A stretch of DNA of 64,000 nt from Octopus bimaculoides (Eukaryota). Position 1 is the first letter of the stretch. Each line of letters starts with the position of its first letter. Made by a program: the position numbers and the translations under genes. Below the pieces are notes generated by a model. It did no database searches, was not told where the DNA came from, and saw only the letters and a list, made by a program, of their open reading frames with translations. Where the stretch lies: assembly GCF_001194135.2 (NCBI RefSeq), contig NC_068995.1, forward strand, positions 56,256,153-56,320,152, read 5' to 3'. Below, piece after piece: positions 43,738 to 55,476 of the stretch.

Positions 43738-44025
43738 ACCGTCTATGTTATCAGCTTTAAATAACCAGTTTTTAATTAGAACAATGACCTTCGATAAGTA
43801 AGTTTAAGCATCTTGCTCCTATCCTACTTCAGGAACTCCTAATTTGAGAAACAGAAAGTTAGCACCTCATGTATTCCAAACATAAGCATTAAGAATAATA
43901 AGTGTATTATCGTCATTAAATGATAATTTGTCTTTTAGTCTGAACTGATATGAACTTTATTATTAGTGTTACTAGGAGAATACATTAGTAATGATTTCTT
44001 AATTAGATATGATGATGCTTCAAAG

Positions 44026-44026
<1 letters not shown>

Positions 44027-44091
<65 letters not shown>
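44027..44091. repeat. (TG)n microsatellite (representative of very many TA/CA/GA tracts)
   Basis: Directly visible. Confidence 0.95.
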
Positions 44092-44094
<3 letters not shown>

Positions 44095-44420
44095 TAAGAA
44101 GTCTAATAATGGATAAGTTTGTTCCCTAAAGCATTAGAGAAGTGCAATGCATATGTTTGTAATTTAGTACGCTAATACCTTTGAGGAAAATCATTCTGCG
44201 GAGGAATCTAAAACTCCTTTCACAAACCTGTGGCTATCATTAGTAATATTAAGAAATTTATAATAGTTTTGTAATGCAGGGGTCCCTAACCACTAGGCTA
44301 GTGGGTCACGGACCATTTGGTACTGGGCTGGACAGAAAGAATAAATTTCAAATTTTATTTCTATTGTATTGACAATTACAATCTACAGGGTGTTTTCATC
44401 TTTGCATTATGCATGTATTA

Positions 44421-44539
44421 TATAGCAGCCATATCATGTTGAAAGCACTGGTTCTTGTCTGATTACCAAAGTTCAGCCACATTAAGTCTAGCTAGTACTT
44501 GCATGGGTGACCACTTGGAAAACCTAGGTGCTGTAAGAA
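44421..44539 (+). pseudogene. 5S rRNA-derived sequence (full length, CpG-decayed)
   Basis: gccatatcatgttgaaagcactggttcttgtctgattaccaaagttcagc...agtacttgcatgggtgaccacttggaaaacctaggtgctgtaag aligns over about 119 nt to the metazoan 5S consensus (box A- and box C-like segments present). Many differences are CG to TG/CA. Confidence 0.88.
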
Positions 44540-44549
44540 TCTCACTTTT

Positions 44550-44827
44550 GTGGGTTGCATGACCTAGTGCACAAAGTGTTGCAGTTATGATTGTGAGACT
44601 GTGGTTTCAATTCCTAGGATGGGTGGTGTGTTGTGTTCTCAAGCAAAACACTTCACCTCACATTGCACTGCGATCTCTTTGACACCTGATGAATGGTACA
44701 CTGCACACCTGTTCAGGTACTGTCAATTTGATGGAGCGAGTGAGCTAATGTGCAGCACAAACAAATCATTTGTGCAGGTTATTCGACTAAAACCGAACAC
44801 TCATATGCCATTTTTGATGGGAGAGTT
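44550..44827 (+). mobile_element. tRNA-headed SINE directly downstream of the 5S copy
   Basis: A-box-like tgacctagtg and B-box-like ggtttcaattcc, followed by ttgtgttctcaagcaaaacacttc, a SINE core-type motif. Confidence 0.65.
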
Positions 44828-45350
44828 CATTATATATGTAATAATCAAATTATATGTTATGCACTTCAATATGTTTTGTTATGCACATGATTCCCTGGTC
44901 TTGCATGAAACCAGTCTCCAAAAATGGCTGAGGACTGATGCTGTAATGTTAAAAATTTTCTTACATTGAAGCTACATGGGGGCTTAATGGAATTAAATAA
45001 CCCTGATTACATACATAATACCTCAATGGTGATTGAACTCAGAATCGATAGAAAGGAACTAAATAATATGAATTTAGTCTGGTGACTTACAAAATTTAGA
45101 ATACCTGAGTGGTACAAGCTGACAGAATAGTTACCACTTTGGACAAAACGCTTAGAAGCATTTTTTGTCTTTACGTTTTGAGTTCATATTCTGCCAAGGT
45201 CAACTTTGCCTTTCATCCAGTTGACATATGCATATGGCAAAAAAAAATAGGTACCAGTTATAATACAGGGTTTGATGAATTGGACTAGCCCCTTCCCACA
45301 AAAATTTCAGGCATTTTACCTCCAGTAGAAACCATTATTATTATTATTAT

Positions 45351-45382
<32 letters not shown>

Positions 45383-45801
45383 TTATTATTATTGCCATAA
45401 TTACAATCAGTGTGATATCACATTATAACCTCTAACTATGAACTCAGTCTTATCATCAACACTGCACATGAAGTTGTAATGAATTTCACAAACACTATCA
45501 CCGTTATTGGTTACTTAGTAGAAACTATGTAAATATAATAGTTTGCAGAAACTAGAACAATATTTTAGAATTAATAGTAAATACACATTAATGTTTTAAG
45601 ATGACAGATGATAAGACTATTGTAATGAACACGGAAACTAAGTACCCAACTAGATAGCTAACACACACACATCTGTCTCTCTTTATATCTGCCAAAGTGT
45701 CTATCTATCCACTAAGATGTCTGTCTGTCAGTCTATCTATTTATTTGTCTGTCTATCTGCCAAAGTACCTATCTATTTATCTATCTATCTATCTGCCGAA
45801 G

Positions 45802-45841
<40 letters not shown>

Positions 45842-46811
45842 CATCTGTCTGTCTGTGTATGTATGCATCTATCCATATATGATTATATATATATATGTGT
45901 GTATGTGTGTTGTGTTGTGTATTTATATATCTGTGTGTGTATGTACAACTATATCTATATATATATATATATATATATATATGAAGACATGTGAGTGAGA
46001 GCTAAAGACGCTGTGTGTGTGTGTAAATATATACACGAATGTGTTTACAAAACAGAATGACCATCAATTCAGAAAGATAGAAGAAGCACGTGTGTGTGTG
46101 TGTGTGTGTATGTGTGTGTTTGTCTGGTTATAAGAATATCTGACGGAAGGAAACGCAAAAGAAATTGTATGAAAGCGGCAATGATGATGATGATGATGTT
46201 GGTGAGTGGGGGAAGGAGGAGATGAATAACTGAGAAATTGAGTCTGTGAGATTATGGGGTGAAGGAGGTAAGGGCTGGAATTTAAGAATTGGTTGGATTA
46301 AAGATGACTGACTGAAAGAATGCAAAATGCTGGCAGGAAAGGTCTGTGAGAGACTAAAATATGCACCGAGAAAGACAGAATGGTACGGAACTGAAAATTG
46401 TGGCTCTAAAATTATTTAGATGGGGTGAAGGTGGAGGAGAGAATTCTTGCCAAATCTTTGGTCAAGAAATTCATGAAGTAAAAAGCCGAAGAATTGCTGA
46501 GATCAATAGAAGGTGAAGAACCAAGTACATTCCTCTTTAAAACTGGATTGAGTAGACCTTAAGGAAGATTATACTTAAGTAGCATTTTGGGATGAAATCT
46601 TTACATCCAATATGTGTAGCCTTGGGTCTTACAACAGCTTAGAAAGTTGTGTGTGTGTGTGTGTTTAAGTGGAAGTGGAGAGAGAGATAAAATGTGCATG
46701 TGTGAGCAAGAGGGGGAAAGAGAACGACAGACAGTGAATGTAAAGAAGAGAGAGAGAGAGGTGTTGAAGTGTGATATTAAATTATGTGTTTGTGTGTGAG
46801 GGAGAGAGGGG

Positions 46812-46864
<53 letters not shown>

Positions 46865-47923
46865 ATATTTTATGAAAAAGTAATTTAGAAAATGTAAGAA
46901 AGTAGAGAAAGAGATGAGTTAAGGAAAAGTTTGAGAGAAGTAGTATACAGTCACCAAAATTACAAGGAAAAAGAAAGATGTATAAGGTAACATATTCATG
47001 AGAGAGAGGAAGAGAGAGAGAGAGAGAACAAAGAGTAAAGAACAGATATAATAATGTATAAAAGATAAGATTATCAAAGATAGGGAAAAAAGATATATAT
47101 ATATACATAAAGAGAGAGAGATAGAAAGGATGAGAAAAACTTTGTTCAAGTCTTCAATGTAGATAAAAATTTGTTAATGAAGTATGTTTTTATGTATTTA
47201 TTTGTCCATGTAATTCCATGTGTCCATTGTCAAGACTACATTATCCGCTAAAGTAAAACGCTGTGAAATATCAATGCCATGGATTGGCAATGACAGAAAA
47301 TCTATACAAAGGTGCTAAAGATGGAAGTCTGGTGAAAAACGAACAAAAAATAACAAGTAAAAAAAAAAAAAAAGAAGGAAACAAGTTTACATTTACTGTC
47401 TCTAAGTTAGTAAATGTTATAAGTGACTTTTAAAATCAAACAACAGTCATTCTTGCTCAAAACTGTCAAAAGGGGCCGCTTCCCCACTGAAATATTCCAA
47501 ATAAGGATATATATTATTTTAGAAATTATCTTACCACATATAAATAAATAATTAAATAAAACCAAACTAAAAGAAAAATAAGGAAGAGTTGACAGTTTGG
47601 AGTTTAAATATAGCATTGGAATGGATAAATAAGTAGTTTGGTAGTTTTGTAGTGTTAAGTACTAAACCTTTCCATACCTGAGACCACCTCTGGTTCTAGG
47701 ATACAAACTTTCTCTTTTAAACTGATCTAAATTAAAACATCCCCTGAAAATTTCATGTTAATACATGTTCTCAATGCCACTTTAATCCTGACAAATTTGT
47801 TTTACTAAATTCTTCATTATTTTCAAAAATAACCCAAAGGAAAACAATATATTCCATCAGAAATATGGTAATTTTCTTTTCAAAAATTATTATGGTACTC
47901 ACCTGAAACTATCATTTGTATAA

Positions 47924-48027
47924 AATATATACACCAAACATAACATATATCCGATATAATTAGGAATGTATATAATATATACATCAAACATAACATATAT
48001 CCGATATAATTAGGAATGTATATAATA
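47924..48027. repeat. 50-bp tandem duplication
   Basis: taacatatatccgatataattaggaatgtatataatata recurs at 47941 and 47991. Confidence 0.9.
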
Positions 48028-48069
48028 TAATCCTTCTTATTGAATCTCTCTCAGTGTCTCTCTCTCTCT

Positions 48070-48520
48070 CTTTCTGGCTGGGTAACCATGTGCCTCTTCT
48101 GCAGTAAGATACCTGTTTCCGTCTTTCTGCCTCACTCTAACTGGTCATCATCTGACACAAGATCACCTCCTTCGATGCCCCTCCCCTCTTAAAGATTCCT
48201 TGTCTTGTAAAGTTACTTGATGACCCAGCCAGTGCTGGTGCCACTTAAATAGCGTCCAGTCCACCACACTATGAAGTAGTTGGCATTTGGAAGGGCATCC
48301 AGTAAAAACCATGCCAAAAACTGATCTTGCCTGTGCTGGAACCACGTAAAAATCACTGAGTCCACTCTGCGGAGTGGTTGGTGTTAGGAAGGGCATCCAG
48401 CCGTAAAACCCGTGCCAAAACAGACACAGAAGTATGTTGCAGGCTTTTCTGCCTGGTCAGCTCCTGTCAAACCGTCCAACCCATGCCAGCATAGATGGAA
48501 GATATTAAACAATGATGATA
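48070..48520 (+). mobile_element. Abundant (GAT)n-tailed retroposon (family 2), long copy with an internally duplicated block
   Basis: Contains gtggttggtgttaggaagggcatccagc-type block twice and ends caacccatgccagcat...attaaacaatgatgat. Other copies at about 3352-3580(-), 3790-3987(+), 11745-12030(-), 16735-16860(+), 35437-35580(-), 43330-43736(+), 50620-50790(-), 51828-52066(-), 59950-60115(+). Confidence 0.78.
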
Positions 48521-48596
48521 ATACAATATACCAAAATTACACGTGTTATTATAATGAGAAATCTATGGTCAAGACAAGCTCACAATTTATATTAGT

Positions 48597-48930
48597 GACA
48601 TCATCATCATCATCATCATCGTTTAACGTCCGTTTGCACGCTGGCATGGGTTGGGCGGTTTGACTGGGGTCTGGGAGTCAGGAGGCTGCACCAGGCCCCA
48701 ATCTGATCTGGCAGTGTTTCTATGGCTGGATGCCCTTCCTAACGCCAACCACTCCAAGAGTGTAGTGGGTGCCTTTTATGTGCTGCTGGCACAGGGGCCA
48801 GAGGGGGCTGACAATGAACACAATCAGTTGGAGCTTTTTACATGCCACCAGCATGGAAGGCAGTCAAGGCAGCACTGGCATCAGTCACGTTTGGATGGTG
48901 CTTTTTATGTGCCACCGGCATGGGGGTCGC
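48597..48930 (-). mobile_element. Family 2 retroposon, tail-to-tail with the 48070-48520 copy
   Basis: catcatcatcgtttaacgtccg...ggatgcccttcctaacgccaaccactcc is the reverse complement of the family 2 3' end. Confidence 0.8.
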
Positions 48931-50155
48931 AGCTACAATTTCCATTTGATTTTGATTTTGATGGAAATTGTAGTTAATTAAATACATAATGAGTGGGTAT
49001 GGTTTCTGGTCATACGTAGACAACTTTGGACCTATTTTAGTCTCATTAAACCTCTTCAGCAAAGAACTGTTTAACTGTTAGTGCTGATTACAGAATGACT
49101 AGAGAAGATACAGAAAATTAAATTATGAACTAAAAGCAGCTCTCATAAAGAAAACGTTTTGGGTTGCACATACAAAGTACATGTGTTTTTGCTTTTATGC
49201 CAAATTTGCTGTTGGACAGCATCGAGGGGAAGCTCCCTTGCAGGACACCAAGGGTTAAAGAACATTTGCTGTTTTTTAACACATTCAACGTCAGGTAAGG
49301 AGTTTTTCTTGGATGCTATCCTGTAGCAACAAGTGTAGCATTTGACAACACACATGCATTATGTATGTGCACTCAAAGATACAGAATTTATGTAAATGAA
49401 CAATGCTAAGTGATACTACAACTTATAATGATGTCTGGAGAAAAATACCCAGGGGTACCTGCTGTATGAATAATGCATAGTAAAGTAAGCACTAACATAC
49501 TAATGTGGTGATTCAAGAAATTGTAATCATTTAGAGTATATTTATTGTATGTTTTAATCCTGGCTGGTCTATGTACTTTTGTTGCGGGTTTTCAGTTCAT
49601 AACACTTAGAGTCCAAGGCACAAAGACCAAAGTGTTTCTATCTAAAAGTTTAAGATCTTATGTTTTTAAGTAGTTGTCTTGTGAAATATTGAAGTACATT
49701 TTCAAATACATTCCACTAAATAGCCTTTCACCTAACATTTCAAATACAACGTAAGAAATATCAGCAAGCTACATCAAATCCATTGTTGTTTCTCTTTGTT
49801 TTCTGGTGATCCATAGCAATAATGTAGCAGTTAATAGTTAAAATATTTCTATTGTTATGCAAAACTTATGCCATGACACATGATACATTTATTTGATTAT
49901 TTTCTGTATATAAATCAGAATACCAATAGACAGATTGGAAGATTTAAGAATATATTTTTGTATTTTGTCTTTAGAAGTTCAGCCTATTGGAAACATTCTG
50001 ATAAGAAAGGTTAAACTTTTTGAGACTGTCTTATGGCAGAGAAATATCTTTGCATTTAGCCAAAGCTATTGTCCAACACGGTATAGTTGCACTGAAATGC
50101 TTCTAGGCTTTTAGTAACAGCTGGTGCAACACAAATAGAAGAAATATGAACTTAC

Positions 50156-50312
50156 CATATCGAGTAACATTGAAAGATGACCCATTAATAGTTGACCCTC
50201 AGAGCTTGGTTCAGTCACTGAGTACTTGAAGACATCACCACTCTTGTCTGCAACTAAAACGTTTTCATCGTCAGAAGTGAAAACCACTGATGTACTGCGG
50301 CGGTTGACTGAT
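50156..50312 (-). CDS. WDR4: Internal coding exon of WDR4/TRM82 (non-catalytic subunit of the tRNA m7G46 methyltransferase)
   Basis: Minus strand: acceptor ...tctattcttcag|A, donor ATG|gtaagt; 157 nt, phase 2 to 0. Encodes SVNRRSTSVVFTSDDENVLVADKSGDVFKYSVTEPSSEGQLLMGHLSMLLDM. The motifs VLVADKSGDV and GHLSMLLD match WDR4 as I recall it. Confidence 0.92.
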
Positions 50313-50842
50313 CTGAAGAATAGATTTTTAAAGAGTGTTTTAGAAAAACGCAGCGAAGAAATAAATAAATCCAACATCAAATTTCAGTATGGCAAATATT
50401 AAAGGAATCTGTATTCTCCACTGTTTGTACGGGAGGTTAGCATCAAGTGCATTGTATCACAAGAAAGCTCTATTAAACAAACATACTTTCTTTCATACAA
50501 AGAAACCATTTTCTTTCTTTTTTTTTTGACAGATACATTTCTGTTTAAGTGTATGTGGGGGTTGGGAACCTGGTAGTAATTGGGAAAATGAAGCTATCTA
50601 CCAGAATCATTGTCATTATCATCATTGTTTTAACGTCCACTTTTCCATGCTTGTATGGGTCAGACAAGATTTATTGAGGCAGATTTTCTACAGTGAGACA
50701 TTCACCCTTTCTGTCAGGTTTCATTTCTCTCCAGGTGAGATATATTTCTTCAAGTCCCCCATATACAAACTGCACAATGGCTGGTCATATTTTCAAGGAA
50801 GATTGCAAAAAAACAACACTTGTGTAACAGTGACCGGATTAA

Positions 50843-51034
50843 CCCTTTAAACATGCTTTCTGTTTTATGTTGTAACCAGCCAGATCCAACCCATCACACT
50901 TACCCTTCAATGCCATTATAAAATATACAATCACAGTGTCAAAATTTTGAAGCTACAAAATAACACATGCTTAATTAAAAACAATATGAATAAAAAAGCA
51001 TTGCATTTGACAGAATAATTTGAATGCTAATGGG
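50843..51034. mobile_element. piggyBac-type MITE
   Basis: TTAA|CCCTTTA...TAATGGG|TTAA. A related body occurs at about 12250-12479, ending aaagggttaa. Confidence 0.65.
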
Positions 51035-52579
51035 TTAAAATTAGTGCATAAGGTCAAAGCATCAAGACACACGTACACAGACACACAAGGCTTGGTGGGT
51101 TGGTACAGAGCTATACAAGGAGACGCTTGCCCACAATGTCACACAGTAGGCTTTGACTGGAAATCAGAATACTTTTCTAATTCCTAATTGTTTATGAGAA
51201 TTGACTCAGTAACCAACAATTTAAAAAAAAAAAAAAAAAAAAAAGAAATCTCAATTACTTGGAAAGTTTGGTGGAACAGAAGAAATTTAAGATAATTGTC
51301 ATCAACTGTATCTAACAACTTAAAAGCAATTACCAATGCTTATTATAATAATCACTCTAATCACTATTAAACAACAATAACTTTGAGTATAAAATAACTA
51401 AAATGTTTAATGATCTAAATAAAATACTGTAATTATTCATAATGAACCACAGAGAAACGAAAACAGCTTGAGAAGTTAAAGGATATGTTAAAACAAACAA
51501 CAGTGAAATCATGCTTTGCTTGTTGCTAATAATTTCAATGTGCTTTTATTATGAAGTTATTTTAAGACATTAATATAAAATGTTGCTGTGTCTCGGGAGA
51601 GACATTATGCCAATAATAAACACATGCACCGGTTTTATTTCACTTCTTTTATTACTATTAGCCAACTGAAGGAATTGTTAGCACACAAGACAAAATGTTT
51701 AGCAGCATTTCTTCCAGCTTTATGTTCTGATTTCTAATTCTGCTGAGGATGAATTTGTCTTCCATCCTCTTGGGGTCACTGTAATTCACTGACCTCTCCC
51801 TCAAAATTTCAGCCTTGTGCATCATCATTATTGTTTAACATCTGTTTTCCATGTTGGCATGGGTTGGATGGTTCAACTGGGGTCTGGGAAGCCAGGAGGC
51901 TGCACCAGGCTCCAATCTGATCTGGCAATGTTTCTACAACTGGCTGCCCTTCCTAACGCCAACCACTCCGAGAGTGTAGTGGGTGCTTTTTACATGCCAC
52001 CAGCACAAGGGCCAGAGGAGGCTGACAACGACCACGATCGGCTGGTGCTTTTTACATGCCACCAGTCATCAAAAACAAAAAAAAAAACAGCCACCTTTTT
52101 AATCAGGTGTAGAACATTTGTTGTACCTTTTTAATCAGCCAAATTGTAAATCGTTAGTGGCAATATTATCTTTTATCCTTTATTTGTTTCAGTCATTGGA
52201 CTGTGGCCATGCTGGAGTACTGTCTTGAAGGGTTTTAGTCAAAGGAACTGACACCAGGAATTATTTTTTAAGCCTGGCACTTAGTATGTTGGCCCGGTTT
52301 GCTGAACTGTAATGATGTAAACAAACCAACACCAGTTGTTAAAAGTAGTATGGTGGAAGGGACAAACACACACAAACAGATATGATGGGCTTCCATTCAG
52401 TGTCCATCTATCAAATTCACTCACAAGGCATTGGTCAGCCCAGAGCTATACGAAAAGAAACTTGCACAAGGTGCCATGCAGCAGGACTGAACACAAAACC
52501 ACATGGATGCAAAGCAAGATTCTTAACCACATCACCATTATCCTTGCACCTGTATATATATGTGTGTGTGTGTATATAT

Positions 52580-52730
52580 ACCAGAGTAAACACAAAAATG
52601 TTAAACAAGGTGGAAAAAATAGTACTCAAATACCAGAGGTAGAGTAATATGCTTTATTAATAAAGCTGGAAAACATCACAAAAACTGTTACTCAGAGTTT
52701 CATATTCCCGGTTGGTCGGACAGTTTTCGC
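52580..52730 (-). mobile_element. Second locus of the family B hammerhead-like repeat
   Basis: Minus strand AAAACUGU-CCGACCA-accgggaatat-GAAA-CUCUGAG-UA-ACAGUUUU (52681-52727). Shares the downstream body with 20239-20340 and also ends in a TA/CA microsatellite. Confidence 0.8.
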
Positions 52731-53243
52731 AACCATGCACAGTAAAGTTCAGAGTCAATCTATGCCAAGTGGCTTCACTCTGCATGCTTCAGCTTCCTTC
52801 CTATGGCAACAGTTCAGATACTTATTGATCAGACCATGCAGTAATACACACACACATACAGAAACCTGCACCAATGCACATATATGTATGCATAGAGTCC
52901 AACTTTATTGCGCTGTATTTGCAGCCTGTATTTTTTCTCTTCTGAAGTGTCTCAATTGTCACTCGTCAGAAACTCTTACCTTTATTTCATCCCCCTTCTC
53001 CATCTTTGCCCACCTGCTTATTGCTAATCACTCCCTTCCACTGTCACTTCTATACAGCCCTGCCTTCTTGCCTTCACACTCTTATTACTTCTGTCTGTTC
53101 CAGTTCTTGTGATCTTTCTCTTTGTTATTGGTTTTCATCTTCTTTCTCTGAGTTTTCCCTTCTCAATCACCTGTGATCACCTGTACAAAAACACACGCCC
53201 TAATTTATGGTCTGTTCTCTATACCAACATTTACTTCCCTACA

Positions 53244-53606
53244 GTTCTATATCTAAGAGATGAGGAATTATGTACATTATTTACATTTGACGGATATTTG
53301 TCCTCATCTTGCTTGTTGTTAACACAACGTTTTGGCTTATATACCCTCCAGCCATCATCAGGTATCTTGGGAAAATTTCAATCCCAAGATTCTGAGTTCG
53401 ATTCCAGGCAGTGACCTGAATGATAATAATAACAATAATAATAATAATAACAACAACATCGAAAAATACCTTAGGAATGAGAACCCAGGTTTGAAATTTC
53501 CCCGAGACACCTGATGAAGGCTGGAGGGTATATCAGCCGAAACGTTGTGTTAACAACAAACAAGATGAGGACAAATATCCGTTAAATGTAAATAATGTAA
53601 ATAATT
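53244..53606. mobile_element. Head-to-head inverted pair of the family A hammerhead repeat (Penelope pLTR/retrozyme-like)
   Basis: 53266-53380 is the reverse complement of 53491-53606. The left (minus) copy has a mutated core (CUGAUGAU...CAAAACGUU); the right copy starts at gagttcgattccaggcagtgacc (about 53395). Confidence 0.8.
53506..53551 (+). ncRNA. Minimal type I hammerhead ribozyme motif (family A), intact copy
   Basis: GACAC-CUGAUGA-A-GGCUG[gagggtatat]CAGCC-GAAA-CG-UU-GUGUU. Stem I GACAC/GUGUU, 5-bp stem II, palindromic AACGUU helix III. Predicted cleavage after GUU at 53546. Confidence 0.78.
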
Positions 53607-55160
53607 TACTTCTATATATACATACAGGTTTGGTGATATAAACAGAAAAAAGACCCCTCAAAACTTTCATATGTTTCTTTTTATTACTAATTGAGCAAAG
53701 TTACAAAGTGACTCAAGGGCCAAAATGCATTGCCATTTATTGATAAGTGCCAATGCACAAAACTCTCAGTTCTTCCACAGATTAATAACACACATCCATC
53801 AGTTTTAATATACTGTAATTAAGTGAAGTACACTTTCAGTTTACACATTGCATCTGCAAACACCATTGTTTTTTCCCATCAAGAGTTAAGCCATGTAAAT
53901 GTGTCTCCTTACAACTTACATCTATTTATGGTCAAAAAACAAACACAAGGTAGAGCTGTACCATCTGTTATAGTAGGTATAGTATTTGCATCACTACTGC
54001 TGCTGCTACTACTACTACTACCACAACGCCATTACTTACTAGTAGTGTTGTTGGTATTTGTTGTAGTGGTGAAGTCATTTTTACTGCAGTTGTTGTTGTT
54101 GTTGTTGTTGTTGATTCACTTAGTTTCCTTCTGACGGAGAAGCAAAGCTTATTTATTGTTTACTTCTTTTGTTCAAGAGCCGGTCTGGCTTAATGAGATA
54201 GCATGACTTTTCATGGATAAACTCTTTTGTCCAGTAATGAAGGCACGTGTTAGTGCGCAAGCGTCGCAGTGGCTGCACCAGCATCCCACAGGCATAAACA
54301 TAACAAAAAAACAAGCAAACCAAAACAGACAAAAAAAACAAAAATAAAACTTTGCTCAGAGCTTATGGTCGTAAACTAGTGGCAGTGTACAACAATAGAC
54401 CTTTGCTTTGGTTATTTCCTGGTGTTTCACACACATCAACCTTAGCTAATGTGTCGGCCCTTCCCTCCCACACACCTTTCGCTTCTCTTGCGCTGCTCTC
54501 TGAGTCCTTTCCTCGTTTAAAGCTATTTCTTCTATTATCATTTCTCGCCCCCNNNNNNNNNNNNNNNNNNNNNNNNNNNNNNNNNNNNNNNNNNNNNNNN
54601 NNNNNNNNNNNNNNNNNNNNNNNNNNNNNNNNNNNNNNNNNNNNNNNNNNNNNNNNNNNNNNNNNNNNNNNNNNNNNNNNNNNNNNNNNNNNNNNNNNNN
54701 NNNNNNNNNNNNNNNNNNNNNNNNNNNNNNNNNNNNNNNNNNNNNNNNNNNNNNNNNNNNNNNNNNNNNNNNNNNNNNNNNNNNNNNNNNNNNNNNNNNN
54801 NNNNNNNNNNNNNNNNNNNNNNNNNNNNNNNNNNNNNNNNNNNNNNNNNNNNNNNNNNNNNNNNNNNNNNNNNNNNNNNNNNNNNNNNNNNNNNNNNNNN
54901 NNNNNNNNNNNNNNNNNNNNNNNNNNNNNNNNNNNNNNNNNNNNNNNNNNNNNNNNNNNNNNNNNNGGGGAGGGGGGAGCTGGCCACAATAGATCAGGTG
55001 AGGGAGAAATATAACAAGATGGAATGTAAAGTGAGAGAGAGAAAAAGAGAGAAAGAAGAGGAGGGAGAGAGAAAGGTTAAAAGAGGATATTGGAGCTCAT
55101 AAAAGAGTTTCAGGTATCAACAAAAACACATAGAAAGAATACAGGTAATAAAATTAGGTA

Positions 55161-55205
<45 letters not shown>

Positions 55206-55214
55206 CATTATTAT

Positions 55215-55435
55215 CTTTTAAGGTGGGGAACTAGCAGAATCATTAGCATGCAGAACAAAATGCTTTGTGGCATTTCATTCATCTTTTTGCTTTAAGTTCA
55301 AATTCTTGAATTTGCTTTTCATCCTTTTGAAGTCAACAAAATCAGTACCAGTTGTACACTGAGGTCGATGTAATTGACTTAACCCTTTTCTTGAAATTGC
55401 TAGTCTTCTACCAAAATTAGAAATTATTATTATTA

Positions 55436-55476
<41 letters not shown>

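Larger units (their letters stand above)
44277..44940 (+). mobile_element. Non-autonomous hAT (Charlie/MER1-like) element with nested inserts
   Basis: Left end CAGGGGTCCCTAACC; decayed right end ...catgaaaccagtctccaaaaatggctgaggactgatg. 8-bp flanks ttgtaatg (44269-44276) and ctgtaatg (44941-44948) match 7/8, consistent with an hAT TSD. Confidence 0.7.

Noticed and set aside
44681-44730. gacacctgatgaa inside the SINE, identical to the start of the family A hammerhead
   Set aside because: No downstream GAAA or UH; probably coincidental.
49143-49355. 70-aa minus-strand ORF just downstream of the WDR4 exon
   Set aside because: No resemblance to the expected next WDR4 exon (DRDEKIR...CLGH) and phase-incompatible.
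53920-53964. 45-nt minus-strand segment bounded by AG and GTAAGT upstream of the WDR4 exon
   Set aside because: The only open frame is phase 1 to 1, incompatible with the phase-2 start of the WDR4 exon, and it shows no WDR4 similarity.
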